Source: Steroidobacteraceae bacterium | Lineage (GTDB): Bacteria > Pseudomonadota > Gammaproteobacteria > Steroidobacterales > Steroidobacteraceae | Direction of reading: 5' to 3' | DNA: 64,000 nucleotides | Assembly: GCA_035713045.1 (NCBI GenBank) | Contig: DASTAC010000172.1 | Location: forward strand, 17,862-81,861 | In this document: in pieces, positions 18,503-29,891 of the stretch | Layout: each line of letters starts with the position of its first letter | Position numbering within the stretch: the stretch's first letter is position 1 | The notes under the pieces: model-generated | What the model saw: only the letters and a program-made list of their open reading frames with translations | What the model was told of the DNA's origin: nothing | The model's database searches: none | Program-made: the position numbers and the translations under genes

Positions 18503-18898
18503 TCATCCGAGCCCGTGGATGACGGCCCCGGCGGCGCCGACGAGCGCACCGATCACCAGCACCGCGACAGGACCGGCGGAGAGGCCGAAGCCGACCGAGC
18601 GTGTCGTCGGGTCCTTCACGTACGAGAAGTAATAGATGCCGCGCCCGACCAGGTAGAGCGCGCCGAGTCCGGCCGCAGCATAGGCATTGAGATAGAAGCC
18701 GAACATCCAGATGGCCGGGACGAACATGATGAGCAGCTCCAGCGTGTTCATCTGAACCCGGAAGTAGCGCTCGAACATCTCATTGCCGGTGGTCGCGGGA
18801 GCGCTGACCTTGTACTTCTCCCTGGCCTTCCCGACCGCGGTGGCGAAGGCGAAGAACTGCAGCAGGGCAAGGGCCACGATCAGATTGACGAGGGCCAT
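18503..18898 (-). CDS. MAPEG-family membrane protein (glutathione-transferase-like)
   Basis: About 130 aa with four TM segments. ERYFRVQMNTLE...YLVGRGIYYFSY resembles MAPEG proteins. Start ATG at 18896-18898. Confidence 0.65.
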   Translation of the reverse strand: MALVNLIVALALLQFFAFATAVGKAREKYKVSAPATTGNEMFERYFRVQMNTLELLIMFVPAIWMFGFYLNAYAAAGLGALYLVGRGIYYFSYVKDPTTRSVGFGLSAGPVAVLVIGALVGAAGAVIHGLG

Positions 18899-18983
18899 CG
18901 GAACCTCCGGAATAGGCAACGCGTCCGCCTAGCGTAACCGCAGCCGGACCACCGCGGTTCGGAATGAGGCACAATTGCGGCCC

Positions 18984-19433
18984 ATGAAGGACAGGACTCG
19001 GGGCTATGCCCACCGGATCGACCTCGCGGCCGATGTGCACACGGTCTGGCGGGCGTTGACCGATCCGGCGCAGCTCACCGCGTGGTGCTCTCCCAGGGCC
19101 GAGATCCGCCCGCGGGCGGGAGGACTCTTTCGCGCCTGCGTCGATCGGGTGACGGAGCTCGAGGCGCACATCGACGTCTACGAGCCGGACCGCCGGATGC
19201 GGCTGATCTATCTGCCGTGCCCGGCTCTGCCGCCCACCGACAGCGCGCTCATCGACGACTTCATTCTGGAGCCGGCGCGCACGGATGGAACCATCCTGCG
19301 CCTCCTGGGCTCCGGCGTGCCGGGCGGGCCGGAATGGGACGCGCAGTACCTGCGGCTGCGGACCGGCTGGCAGGCGGCGATGACGCGCCTGAAGGCCCTG
19401 ATCGAGGGCGTGGCGCGACGGGAGGGCACATGA
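18984..19433 (+). CDS. SRPBCC (START/Aha1-like) domain protein
   Basis: Pattern HRIDLAADVHTVWRALTDPAQLTAWC...RMRLIY...GWQAAMTRLKALIE is typical of the SRPBCC fold. ATG 18984 is preferred over the TTG at 18975. Confidence 0.6.
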   Translation: MKDRTRGYAHRIDLAADVHTVWRALTDPAQLTAWCSPRAEIRPRAGGLFRACVDRVTELEAHIDVYEPDRRMRLIYLPCPALPPTDSALIDDFILEPARTDGTILRLLGSGVPGGPEWDAQYLRLRTGWQAAMTRLKALIEGVARREGT

Positions 19434-19807
19434 CGGGCTTTGTGCTGCGGGCACTGATCAGCGCGCTCGGCCTGTGGGTGGCGACCCGCTGGGTGCCCGG
19501 CATCCGCATCGACAACGCCGGAACGCTGGTGCTCGCAGGGCTGCTGCTCGGGCTGGTGAATGCGGTCGTGCGGCCGATCCTCGTCATCCTGACCCTGCCG
19601 ATCACCATCCTCAGCCTCGGGTTCTTCCTGCTCATCGTCAACACGGCCATGGTGGCGCTGGTGGCGTGGATGCTGCCCGGGTTTCACATCTACGGCGGGT
19701 TCTGGTCGGCATTCGTGACGGCGCTCATCGTCTGGCTCACGGGCTGGCTCGGCTCGTGGCTGATCGGCCCGCGAGGCAGGATCGATGTCCACGTGCGCAG
19801 GCTGTGA
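19430..19807 (+). CDS. small 4-TM membrane protein of the phage-holin-4_2-like family (YvlD-like)
   Basis: MTGFVLRALISALGLWVATRWVPGIRI...VRPILVILTLPITILSLGFFLLIVNTAMV... ATGA overlap with the SRPBCC gene. Confidence 0.6.
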   Translation: MTGFVLRALISALGLWVATRWVPGIRIDNAGTLVLAGLLLGLVNAVVRPILVILTLPITILSLGFFLLIVNTAMVALVAWMLPGFHIYGGFWSAFVTALIVWLTGWLGSWLIGPRGRIDVHVRRL

Positions 19808-19840
19808 TCGTGGCGCCGGAGGGCTTCCCGAGGTGCGGAC

Positions 19841-20830
19841 ATGACTGACACGATCGGTCCTCCGGGTGCGCTGCGCCTGAAGTTCTGCGGCCTCGAGTTC
19901 GCCTCGCCCATCGTGCTGCTTTCCGGCTGCGTCGGCTTCGGCGAGGAGTACACGCGGATCGAGGGTTTCTCCAACCGGGATGCGGGCGCGGTAGTGCTGA
20001 AGGGCACCACCCTCGCGCCCCGGCTCGGCAATCCGCCGCACCGGATTTTCGAGACGCCGGCCGGGATGTTGAATGCCATCGGACTGCAGAATCCGGGCGC
20101 GGAGCACGTCGTGCGCCGCATCCTCCCGGACCTCGATTTCAGCGAGACGCGGTTCATCGCCAACGTCTCCGGCTCCACGGTGGAGGAGTACGCCGAAGTC
20201 ACGCGCCTCTTCGATCAATCGCCCATCGATGCCATCGAGATCAACATCTCCTGCCCCAATGTCAAGGAGGGCGGCGTCGCGTTCGGCAACTATCCGGACA
20301 TGTCGGCGCAGGTGGTGGAGGCCTGCCGCCGCGCCACCCGCAAGCCGCTCATCACCAAGCTCTCCCCGAACCAGACCGACATCCGTGAGAATGCGCGCCG
20401 CTGCATCGAGGCCGGCACCGATGCGCTGTCGGTCATCAACACGATGATGGGCATGGCCATCGACGCGCGAACGCGCCGGCCCGTCATCGGCAATGTCCAG
20501 GGAGGACTCTCGGGCCCCGCGATCAAGCCGATCGCGCTGCTCAAGGTGCACCAGGTGTACGAGGTGGCGAAGCCGCACGGCGTGCCCATCATCGGACAAG
20601 GCGGCATCACCACGGCGACCGACGCGGTGGAATTCCTGATTGCCGGCGCCGCGGCGGTCGGCATCGGGACGGCGCTCTTCTACGATCCGTTCGTGTGCAA
20701 GAAGGTGAACGAGGGAATCGCGGAGTATCTGCGCGGGAACGGCTTCGAGAACGTCGGCGAGCTCGTCGGGACCCTGCGCACCGGCCGGGAAACGCAGCGC
20801 CAGCCAGTGCCTTTCAGCGACGAGATCTGA
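19841..20830 (+). CDS. pyrD: class 1 (1B-like) dihydroorotate dehydrogenase catalytic subunit-like flavoprotein
   Basis: GMLNAIGLQNPG, EINISCPNVKEGG (class-1 catalytic Cys loop), GGLSGPAIKPIAL and GQGGITTATDAVEFLIAGA. There is no N-terminal membrane anchor and no pyrK next to it. Confidence 0.75.
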   Translation: MTDTIGPPGALRLKFCGLEFASPIVLLSGCVGFGEEYTRIEGFSNRDAGAVVLKGTTLAPRLGNPPHRIFETPAGMLNAIGLQNPGAEHVVRRILPDLDFSETRFIANVSGSTVEEYAEVTRLFDQSPIDAIEINISCPNVKEGGVAFGNYPDMSAQVVEACRRATRKPLITKLSPNQTDIRENARRCIEAGTDALSVINTMMGMAIDARTRRPVIGNVQGGLSGPAIKPIALLKVHQVYEVAKPHGVPIIGQGGITTATDAVEFLIAGAAAVGIGTALFYDPFVCKKVNEGIAEYLRGNGFENVGELVGTLRTGRETQRQPVPFSDEI

Positions 20831-20848
20831 CGTGGCCTCGCTCCGGCG
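20827..20848. repeat. third copy of the REP-like motif (CTGACGTGGCCTCGCTCCGGCG)
   Basis: 21/22 identical to CTGACGTGTCCTCGCTCCGGCG at 3108..3129. Overlaps the pyrD-like stop codon. Confidence 0.6.
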
Positions 20849-20912
20849 CGGTCGTGAGCACCCCCGAGTGTGACAAAGTGGCCGCGGCTGCCGGCACGGG
20901 AAGCAGAACGCC

Positions 20913-22348
<1,436 letters not shown>

Positions 22349-22352
<4 letters not shown>

Positions 22353-23443
22353 GCGGCGTCTCCCATCGGCAGCAGCAGTGTGAACACGGTCCTTCCCGAC
22401 TCGCTCTCGAACTCGATGAGGCCGCCGTTGCGGGACACCAGCTCCTGCGCCACGGCGAGGCCGAGGCCGGTACCGCCGGGGCGGCCGGTGACCAGCGGAT
22501 AGAAGATGCTGGAGCGCAGATCCTCGGGCACGCCCGGTCCGTCATCCTCCACCTGGACGCTGGCCACGAGGCGATGGCGCGCCAGTCCGATGCTGACGTT
22601 GGAGAGCGCGCGGGTGCGCAGTACGATGCGGCCTCTCGGGCCGAGCGCCTGCAAGGCGTTGCGGGCCACGTTGAGCAGCGCCTGGACGATCTGATTGCGG
22701 TCTAGCATGGCGGTCGGCAGGCTGGGGTCGTAGTCGCGCTCGATGTTGATCGCCGCGGCCGCCTCCGCACGCAGCAGGTGATACACGTGCTCGCAGACCT
22801 CGTGCACGTTGATCCGCGACTTCTCCGGTACGCGCTTCGGACCCGCCATGGAGTCGACCAGCGCGGCCAGGCGGTCGGCCTCGCCGATGATGACCCGGGT
22901 GTATTCCTTGAGCGAGGGGCCCTGCAGCTCGCGCTCGAGGAGCTGGGCGGCGCCGCGAAGTCCGCCCAGAGGATTTTTGATCTCGTGGGCGAGCTGCCTG
23001 ATCATGAGGCGGCTGCCGTCGAGACGCGCCAGCAGATCGTTCTCGCGGGAGATGCGCTGGCGCTGCGTGGTGTCCGCCAGCTCCAGGAGCAGGTGCGTTC
23101 CGGTGACCTGACCTTCGAGCGGCGTGATGGTGACGTCCAGCGTGCGCGGCTCCCGGGGAATGCCGGTGGGGTGCACGGTGAGCTCGCGATCGGCGATGCC
23201 TTCTCCGGCCTCGAGCGCGCGACGGAGAATCGCCGTGAGGCCGTTGCCGTCGAGCAGGAAGTCGGAGAAGGGGCGCCCGCGCGCTTTGTTGAGGCTGAAG
23301 GCGAGGAGGTCCTGGGCGGCGACGTTGGCGTAAATCGCGCAGAGTTGCGCGTCCAGGACGATGATGCCGGTCGACAGGGCATCCAGGAGATCGGCCGGGT
23401 CGAAGTGGGAGAGCGCCGAGGGGATGCTGTACTCAGCGGCCAC
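22349..23443 (-). CDS. ntrB: nitrogen regulation sensor histidine kinase NtrB
   Basis: PAS-like N-terminus, H-box LAHEIKNPLGGLRGAAQLL and ATPase G-boxes (DDGPGVP, GTGLGLA). GTG start with GGAGAG 5 nt upstream. Confidence 0.9.
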
Positions 23444-23531
23444 GCGACTCTCCGTGAGCCCGAAAGCACCTCAGTGAGCGGGGCAGGGCCGCTCCCTGCG
23501 CCGCGAGATCGAATGAGTAACAGGGCTGGCC

Positions 23532-23558
23532 GCGCAAATCGCCGGAAGCGATTTGCGC
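23532..23558 (-). terminator. perfect 11-bp stem-loop (GCGCAAATCGC CGGAA GCGATTTGCGC) between the DUF4124 gene and ntrB
   Basis: Starts 6 nt after the DUF4124 stop codon on the minus strand. There is no clear U-tract, so it may be an attenuator, a partial terminator or a palindromic operator. Confidence 0.45.
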
Positions 23559-23563
23559 CAAAT

Positions 23564-24160
23564 CTAATGCGGGCGGACGGGATTGTGCGGGTTCTGGACC
23601 GAGGGCTGGTGCACGTAGAAGGTGACCGTGCTCGTCTCGCAGACGATCTGGCCGGTACTGTCCTCGATCATGGCTTGCGCGGAGTGCTGGCCGCGAAAGA
23701 CGGGGACGGTGTACGTGGTGCCGGAGCCCGGAACCTGTTTCCCGTCCACGAAGAGGCGGATGTCGTCGCCCCGGCGCAGCGGGGGCGAGGTCCGCACCAC
23801 CACCGTCGCGCGGTAGACGTTCATCAACATCTGCTGATCGGCGGGTTCGGCAATCTCGCAGGTGCGGTACGCGGCACGCGGAGCTTCGGTCTGCTGCGGC
23901 GCGTACTCGGAGGAAGTGAGCGGTGCGGACGGCGCCGCAAAAGTCTGGGCGCCCTGGATCTCCAGCTTCTGCGCGTTGGGATGCGGCTGGTCGCTGTAGT
24001 GGACGACGCCCTTGGCGTCGATCCACTTGTAGACGGTCGTGGTGCCGTCGCCCGCCTGCGCGGCGGCAGACAGCAGCCCCACGGCAGCCAGGGTCGCAAG
24101 GACCATCACGGCCGTGCGGGCGGCGGCCGGCCGGATTAAGGTAAATGTGGTGCGGCGCAT
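23564..24160 (-). CDS. DUF4124 domain-containing exported protein
   Basis: Signal peptide followed by VYKWIDAKGVVHYSDQP, the DUF4124 signature. Start ATG 24158-24160 inside the 23564..24229 ORF. Confidence 0.65.
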   Translation of the reverse strand: MRRTTFTLIRPAAARTAVMVLATLAAVGLLSAAAQAGDGTTTVYKWIDAKGVVHYSDQPHPNAQKLEIQGAQTFAAPSAPLTSSEYAPQQTEAPRAAYRTCEIAEPADQQMLMNVYRATVVVRTSPPLRRGDDIRLFVDGKQVPGSGTTYTVPVFRGQHSAQAMIEDSTGQIVCETSTVTFYVHQPSVQNPHNPVRPH

Positions 24161-24208
24161 AGGAATCGAGCATAGCCCGATGCCGCATTGGGCACAAAGG
24201 AACCCGCA

Positions 24209-24271
24209 CCCCCCCCGCTGCGGAGCCATCCCGGCAGGGCCGGGATGCTCCGGGGCAGCATGGCGGGGGGG
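24209..24271 (-). terminator. long imperfect palindrome downstream of glnA (core 9-bp stem 24227..24247) flanked by C8 and G7 runs
   Basis: Core stem CATCCCGGC AGG GCCGGGATG. Outer pairings are GGAGC/GCTCC, GCTGC/GCAGC and C8 (24209-24216)/G7 (24265-24271). Confidence 0.5.
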
Positions 24272-24294
24272 CGACTGGCTTCACGGCTCTCCGG

Positions 24295-25704
24295 TCAGCA
24301 GCTGTAATAGAGCTCCATCTCCACCGGATGGGTCGCCATGCGGAACCGCGTCATCTCCTGCATCTTCAGACCGATGTAGGCATCGATGACGTCGTTGGTG
24401 AACACGCCGCCGCGGGTCAGGAACTCGCGATCCCTGTCGAGGTGGTCGATGGCCATGTCGAGCGAATGGCAGACCGTCGGGATGTGCTTGGCCTCTTCCG
24501 GCTCCAGATCGTAGAGATCCTTGTCGGCGGGATCGCCGGGATGGATCTTGTTCTGAATGCCGTCGAGACCGGCCATCATCATCGCCGTGAACGCGAAGTA
24601 GGGGTTCGCGCTGGAGTCCGGGAAGCGGACCTCGATGCGGCGGGCCTTGGGGCTCGACACCCACGGAATGCGGATCGAGGCGGAGCGGTTGCGCGCGGAG
24701 TACGCCAGCATCACGGGCGCCTCGAAGCCCGGCACCAGGCGCTTGTAGCTGTTGGTACCGGCATTGGTGAAGGCGTTGAGCGCCCGGGCGTGCTTGATGA
24801 TGCCGCCGATGTAGTAAAGGGCGAGGTCGGACAGTCCGCCGTATTTGTCACCGGCGAAGAGCGCCTTGCCTTCCTTCTGCAGCGACTGGTGAACGTGCAT
24901 GCCGCTGCCGTTGTCGCCGACGAGCGGCTTCGGCATGAAAGTGGCGGTCTTGCCGTAGCGGTGAGCGACGTTGAGCACGGCGTACTTGAGGATCTGCACC
25001 TCGTCGGCCTTCTGCACCAGAGTGCCGGCGCCGACACCGATCTCGCTCTGCCCGCCGGTGGCGACCTCGTGGTGGTGCACCTCGACCTTCAGGCCGAGCT
25101 CCTCGAGGGCCAGGCACATCGCCGAGCGGATGTCCTGGAACGCATCGACCGGCGGCACCGGGAAGTAGCCGCCCTTGATGCCGGGCCGGTGGCCGCGGTT
25201 GCCGTCGGTGTACTCCGTGCCCGAGCTCCATGCACCCTGCACGGAGTCGATCTCGTAGAAGCAGCCGCGCATGTCGTTGCCGTAGCGCACGCCGTCGAAG
25301 ATGAAGAACTCGTTCTCCGGGCCGAAGAGCGCTTTGTCGGCGATGCCAGTGGACTTCAGGTAGGCCTCGGCGCGCTTCGCGAGCGAGCGCGGATCGCGCT
25401 CGTAGCCCTGCATGGTCGCGGGCTCGATGACATCGCACCGAATGTTGATCGTCGCGTCCTCGAAGAACGGATCGATGATCGCCGTGTTGGCCTCCGGCAT
25501 GAGGATCATGTCCGACTCGTTGATGCCCTTCCAACCGGCGATGGAGGAGCCGTCGAACATCTTGCCGTCCCGGAACAGATCCTCATCGACGAGGCGCGCG
25601 GGAATCGTCACGTGCTGCTCTTTGCCGCGCGTGTCGGTGAACCTGAGGTCGGCGAACTTGATTTCTTTTTCTTGGATCAGCTTCAGCACATCGGTCGGTG
25701 TCAT
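24295..25704 (-). CDS. glnA: glutamine synthetase type I
   Basis: Full-length GSI with [36 protein letters not shown] and SIRIP. The adenylylation-site region is present. GGAGGAG SD before the ATG. Confidence 0.97.
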   Translation of the reverse strand: MTPTDVLKLIQEKEIKFADLRFTDTRGKEQHVTIPARLVDEDLFRDGKMFDGSSIAGWKGINESDMILMPEANTAIIDPFFEDATINIRCDVIEPATMQGYERDPRSLAKRAEAYLKSTGIADKALFGPENEFFIFDGVRYGNDMRGCFYEIDSVQGAWSSGTEYTDGNRGHRPGIKGGYFPVPPVDAFQDIRSAMCLALEELGLKVEVHHHEVATGGQSEIGVGAGTLVQKADEVQILKYAVLNVAHRYGKTATFMPKPLVGDNGSGMHVHQSLQKEGKALFAGDKYGGLSDLALYYIGGIIKHARALNAFTNAGTNSYKRLVPGFEAPVMLAYSARNRSASIRIPWVSSPKARRIEVRFPDSSANPYFAFTAMMMAGLDGIQNKIHPGDPADKDLYDLEPEEAKHIPTVCHSLDMAIDHLDRDREFLTRGGVFTNDVIDAYIGLKMQEMTRFRMATHPVEMELYYSC

Positions 25705-25812
25705 ATCTCCTCCGGAGGAAAGGTGGTGCCCGCCAGGCGCGACTGGACTCGTGCCGTGCGATCTCGAGAGCCGGGGCGGTCACCCGGAGCCTGTGGCGGC
25801 GCACTGTGGTAG

Positions 25813-25828
25813 TGCAGGCGCTGTGCCA
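25813..25828 (-). promoter_or_regulatory. sigma-54 (-24/-12) promoter for glnA: TGGCACAGCGCCTGCA
   Basis: The minus-strand reading matches TGGCAC-N5-TTGCA, with the GG and GC dinucleotides correctly spaced. Lies about 110 nt upstream of the glnA ATG. Confidence 0.6.
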
Positions 25829-25880
25829 GCTGCGGGGGTCCTTAAAATCAGAGACTTAGCGGCCAGGGCGGCACATTATC

Positions 25881-25895
25881 GCACCACAATGGTGC
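25881..25895. promoter_or_regulatory. NtrC-binding-site-like palindrome GCACCACAATGGTGC
   Basis: Matches the core of the TGCACCA-N3-TGGTGCA consensus. Lies about 60 nt upstream of the sigma-54 promoter. Confidence 0.6.
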
Positions 25896-25910
25896 GGCGC
25901 AAAACATTGC

Positions 25911-25925
25911 GCACTATTTCGGTGC
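25911..25925. promoter_or_regulatory. second NtrC-like site GCACTATTTCGGTGC
   Basis: Has the same GCAC-N7-GTGC spacing. Its centre lies 30 bp (about 3 helical turns) from the first site. Confidence 0.45.
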
Positions 25926-26061
25926 AGGCAGCGGCCAGGCCGCCATTGCGATAGCTGTACTTCTCGTCGGGCCTCCTGCGGGTGCGTCCCGCCGCGGTTG
26001 CCGCTGTGCCGGCTTTCGCCGGGCTATACTCGGCGGCTCTTTTGCATGCCACTGCGACCCG

Positions 26062-26994
26062 ATGAGAACCGGCACGCCGCCCCGCACCTTCCAGGAGCTG
26101 ATCTTCGCGCTGCAGCGTTATTGGTCCGAGCGCGGCTGTGTCGTGCTGCAACCCTATGACATGGAGGTCGGGGCAGGGACCTTCCACACGGCGACTTTCC
26201 TGAGGTCCATCGGGCCCGAGCCGTGGAGCGCCGCATACGTCCAGCCCTCACGCCGGCCGGCGGACGGCCGCTACGGCGAGAATCCCTTCCGGCTGCAGCA
26301 CTACTATCAGTTCCAGGTGGTCATCAAGCCCTCGCCGCTCGACATCCTGGACCAGTATCTCGGGAGCCTGCGGGCCCTGGGATTCGATCCGCTGGTGCAC
26401 GATGTCCGCTTCGTGGAGGACAACTGGGAATCCCCGACCCTGGGCGCCTGGGGTCTCGGCTGGGAGGTGTGGCTGAACGGCATGGAGATCACTCAGTTCA
26501 CTTACTTCCAGCAGGTCGGCGGCCTCGACTGCCGGCCGGTGACTGGAGAGATCACGTATGGTCTCGAGCGGCTCGCGATGTATCTGCAGGGGGTGGAGAG
26601 CATCTACGACATCGTCTGGACCGACGGGCCTCGCGGCCGCGTGACCTACGGCGACGTGTTCCACCAGAACGAGGTGGAGCAGTCGCGGTACGACTTCGAG
26701 CTGGCGGACGTTGCGACGCTGCTCCGCCATTTCGACGATCACGAGCGCGCCTGCAGGGAGCTGCTCGCGGCAGGTCTCGCGTTGCCCGCCTACGAGCAGG
26801 TGTTGAAAGCCTCCCACACGTTCAATCTGCTGGACGCGCGGCGGGCCATCTCGGTGACGGAACGCCAGCGCTACATCCTGCGCATGCGCACGCTCGCGGG
26901 GGGCGTCGCGAAGGCTTACTACGAGAGCCGCCAGGCTCTGGGCTTTCCCATGCTCGCCGGCGGCGGCACGGCCGCCACGGGGGCCGGCGCATGA
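26062..26994 (+). CDS. glyQ: glycine--tRNA ligase alpha subunit
   Basis: [34 protein letters not shown]... matches GlyQ throughout. Confidence 0.96.
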   Translation: MRTGTPPRTFQELIFALQRYWSERGCVVLQPYDMEVGAGTFHTATFLRSIGPEPWSAAYVQPSRRPADGRYGENPFRLQHYYQFQVVIKPSPLDILDQYLGSLRALGFDPLVHDVRFVEDNWESPTLGAWGLGWEVWLNGMEITQFTYFQQVGGLDCRPVTGEITYGLERLAMYLQGVESIYDIVWTDGPRGRVTYGDVFHQNEVEQSRYDFELADVATLLRHFDDHERACRELLAAGLALPAYEQVLKASHTFNLLDARRAISVTERQRYILRMRTLAGGVAKAYYESRQALGFPMLAGGGTAATGAGA

Positions 26995-29168
26995 GCTCCG
27001 AGAGACGCGACTTCCTCGTCGAGATCGGCACCGAGGAGCTGCCGCCCAAGGCGCTGCGCCTGCTCGAGCGCGCGTTCGCCGGCGAGCTCGCCGCAGGCCT
27101 CGCGAAGGCGGGCCTGGCCCACGGCGAGCTGAGATCCTTCGCGACTCCGCGGCGGCTCGCGATCCGGGTTCGGCGGCTCTCGGCACGCCAACCCGATCAG
27201 AAGGTCGAGCGGCGCGGTCCGCCGGTCAACGCCGCCTTCGATGCCGCGGGCCTGCCGACGAGGGCCGCGCAGGCGTTCGCCGCGAGCTGCCAGGCGCAGG
27301 TGGAGGATCTGCAGCGCCGCGAGGAGAGCAAGGGCACGTTCCTCTATTACGTCGGCGTCAGATCCGGCGCCGCGGCGGTCGATCTGCTGCCCGGGCTGGT
27401 GCAGAGCGCACTCGATGCATTGCCGATTCCGCGACGCATGCGCTGGGGGGCGGGCGAGGCGCAGTTCGTCCGGCCCGTGCACTGGATCGCGATGCTCTAT
27501 GGCAGGGATGTCGTTCCGGCGAGCCTTCTCGATACGCCGTCGGGTAACCTCACCCGCGGCCATCGGTTCCACGCGCCGAAGCCGCTTCGCCTGTCGAGCC
27601 CGGCCGCGTACGAGCGCACGCTGCGCGAGCGCGGGCACGTCGTCGCGGACTTCGAGATGCGCCGGTCGCTGGTGCGCGAGCGGGTGGAGGCCGTGGCCGG
27701 TGAGCTGGGCGGGCGGGCGCTGGTGAGCGATGCGCTGCTCGATGAGGTTACCGCTCTGGTGGAATGGCCCGTGCCGCTCGCGGGCCGGTTCGAGGCGCGC
27801 TTCCTGGCTCTGCCGCGGGAGGTGCTCGTCTCCACGCTGGAGGATCACCAGCGTTATTTCCCGGTGGAAGGTGCCGACGGCCGTTTGCTGCCCTGCTTCA
27901 TCGCCGTGGCCAACATCGAGAGCCGCGATCCGCCGAAGGTCGTGGAGGGCAACCAGCGCGTAGTACGGCCACGGCTCGCGGACGCGGCATTTTTCTGGGA
28001 CCAGGACCGCAAGTCGCCCCTGGCCGCGCGCGCCGAAGGGCTGGGCCGAGTCACTTTCCAGGCGAAGCTCGGATCCCTGGGTGACAAATCGCGGCGCGTC
28101 TGCACGCTGGCGGTCGAGATCGCCGAGGCGCTCAGCCGGTCCGGCGGCCGACATCCCAACCTCGTCACGCATGCGCGCCGGGCGGCTGAGCTCTGCAAGT
28201 GCGATCTGCTGACGGCGATGGTCGGAGAGTTTCCGGAGCTCCAGGGCATCATGGGCACCTACTACGCCCTCGCCGACGCAGAGGCGCCGGAAGCCGCCGC
28301 CGCGATCCGCGAGCACTATCTGCCGCGCGGCGCCGGTGACGAGCTGCCGGTCACGGATGCCGGCGCCACGCTGGCGATCGCCGACAAGCTCGATACGCTG
28401 GCCGGGATCTTCGCCATCGGCGAGAAGCCGAGCGGCACGAAAGACCCGTTCGGCCTGCGCCGGGCGGCGATCGGCGTGGTCCGGATCGCGATCGAGAAAC
28501 GGCTCGATCTCGATCTGTCGCGATTCCTCGCGCTGGCGGTCGCGCTGGCGCACGCGGACATGGAAAAGTCGGCGGCCGCGGCGGGCAAGCCCGCTCCGGC
28601 GCTGGTGATCGAGAATGTCGCCGCCGAGGTCTACGATTATGTCCTCGAGCGGCTGCGGGCCTACTATCTGGAGCGCCCCGCCGGCGCCGGGGAATCAGGG
28701 GCGCCGGCCGCATCGATCACGACCGAGATGTTCGACGCCGTCCTGGCAACCCGCCCCTCCTCGCCGCTCGACTTCGATGCGCGCCTGCTGGCGCTGAGCT
28801 CGTTCATGACATTGCCGGAGGCAGCCAGCCTGACTGCCGCCAACAAGCGGGTAGCCAACATCCTGCGCAAGGCCGGCGAAAGCGCGCCGCCGGCGGTGGA
28901 CGAGGGCGTCCTGAAGGCCCCGGCGGAACGGGAGCTGTTCCATGCCATGCGGCAGCGGCGCGACGGCGTGTCCGCGGCGACGGCGCGGAAGGACTACGCC
29001 GGCTCGCTCGCGTTGCTGGCGCAGCTGCGTCCGGCGGTGGACACGTTCTTCGATCAGGTGATGGTCATGGACGAGGACCCGAGGCTGCGCGCCAACCGGC
29101 TCGCGCTCCTCGCGCAGATGCGCGAGCTGTTCGCGGGCGTCGCGGACCTGTCGCGGCTGCCGGGCTGA
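26991..29168 (+). CDS. glyS: glycine--tRNA ligase beta subunit
   Basis: [17 protein letters not shown]..., ATGA overlap with glyQ. In frame inside the 26223..29168 track ORF, whose 5' part is a shadow of glyQ. Confidence 0.95.
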   Translation: MSSERRDFLVEIGTEELPPKALRLLERAFAGELAAGLAKAGLAHGELRSFATPRRLAIRVRRLSARQPDQKVERRGPPVNAAFDAAGLPTRAAQAFAASCQAQVEDLQRREESKGTFLYYVGVRSGAAAVDLLPGLVQSALDALPIPRRMRWGAGEAQFVRPVHWIAMLYGRDVVPASLLDTPSGNLTRGHRFHAPKPLRLSSPAAYERTLRERGHVVADFEMRRSLVRERVEAVAGELGGRALVSDALLDEVTALVEWPVPLAGRFEARFLALPREVLVSTLEDHQRYFPVEGADGRLLPCFIAVANIESRDPPKVVEGNQRVVRPRLADAAFFWDQDRKSPLAARAEGLGRVTFQAKLGSLGDKSRRVCTLAVEIAEALSRSGGRHPNLVTHARRAAELCKCDLLTAMVGEFPELQGIMGTYYALADAEAPEAAAAIREHYLPRGAGDELPVTDAGATLAIADKLDTLAGIFAIGEKPSGTKDPFGLRRAAIGVVRIAIEKRLDLDLSRFLALAVALAHADMEKSAAAAGKPAPALVIENVAAEVYDYVLERLRAYYLERPAGAGESGAPAASITTEMFDAVLATRPSSPLDFDARLLALSSFMTLPEAASLTAANKRVANILRKAGESAPPAVDEGVLKAPAERELFHAMRQRRDGVSAATARKDYAGSLALLAQLRPAVDTFFDQVMVMDEDPRLRANRLALLAQMRELFAGVADLSRLPG

Positions 29169-29183
29169 GACGCGCGGCCGGCC

Positions 29184-29891
29184 ATGCAGCTCATCGGCTC
29201 GATCCTCTTCACGACGCTCTTCTTCGTTTGGACGTTCTGCTACTCCATTTTCTTCGTGCTCGCGTGCCTGCTGCTGCCGTTCCGGTACCGTTTCGTGCTG
29301 GCGCGGGTGTGGGCGCGCGTGCTGCTCACGGCGCTCAAATGGACGTGCAGGCTGGATTTTCGCGTGGAGGGATCGGAGCGGCTGCCCGCGGGCAATCACA
29401 TTGCACTGTGGAAGCATTCCTCCTCCTGGGAAACGCTGGCCATGAGCGTGGTGTTCCCCCGCCAGGTGTGGGTGCTCAAGCGGGAATTGCTCTGGGTTCC
29501 GGTGGTCGGCTGGGGCATCCGGCAGCTCCACGCCATCGCCATCGACCGCAAGTCGGGCCACTCGGCGGTATCCCAGGTCGTCGCGCAGGGCCGCCAGCGT
29601 CTCGCCGAAGGTGATTGGGTGATGGTCTTTCCGGAAGGCACCCGCATGCCCCCCGGCGAGACACGCCGCTACGGCGTCAGCGGCGCACTGCTGTCGGCCG
29701 AGACCGGCAAGCTCCTCGTGCCGGTGGCGCACAACGCCGGCAGCTACTGGCCGCGGCGCGGCCTGCGCAAGAAGCCGGGAACCATCCGGGTGGTGATCGG
29801 CGAGCCCGTGTCCGCCGTCGGCCGCGACGTGCGCGAGGTCAACCGCGAGATCCAGGCCTGGATCGAAGCGACCGTGGCCGCGATTCAGTAG
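29184..29891 (+). CDS. plsC: 1-acyl-sn-glycerol-3-phosphate acyltransferase
   Basis: N-terminal TM, acyltransferase blocks (WKHSSSWETL, VFPEGTR) and position after glyQS. Confidence 0.8.
   Translation: MQLIGSILFTTLFFVWTFCYSIFFVLACLLLPFRYRFVLARVWARVLLTALKWTCRLDFRVEGSERLPAGNHIALWKHSSSWETLAMSVVFPRQVWVLKRELLWVPVVGWGIRQLHAIAIDRKSGHSAVSQVVAQGRQRLAEGDWVMVFPEGTRMPPGETRRYGVSGALLSAETGKLLVPVAHNAGSYWPRRGLRKKPGTIRVVIGEPVSAVGRDVREVNREIQAWIEATVAAIQ

Noticed and set aside
19208-20599. 463-aa minus-strand ORF. The same applies to 28695..30035, 39707..41302, 50390..51718, 55021..56562, 61253..62494 and 62428..63369.
   Set aside because: All are antisense to genes with clear family motifs (pyrD-like, plsC, the Moco subunit, yidC, emrB, the hydrolase, natB-like) and have shadow-type composition.
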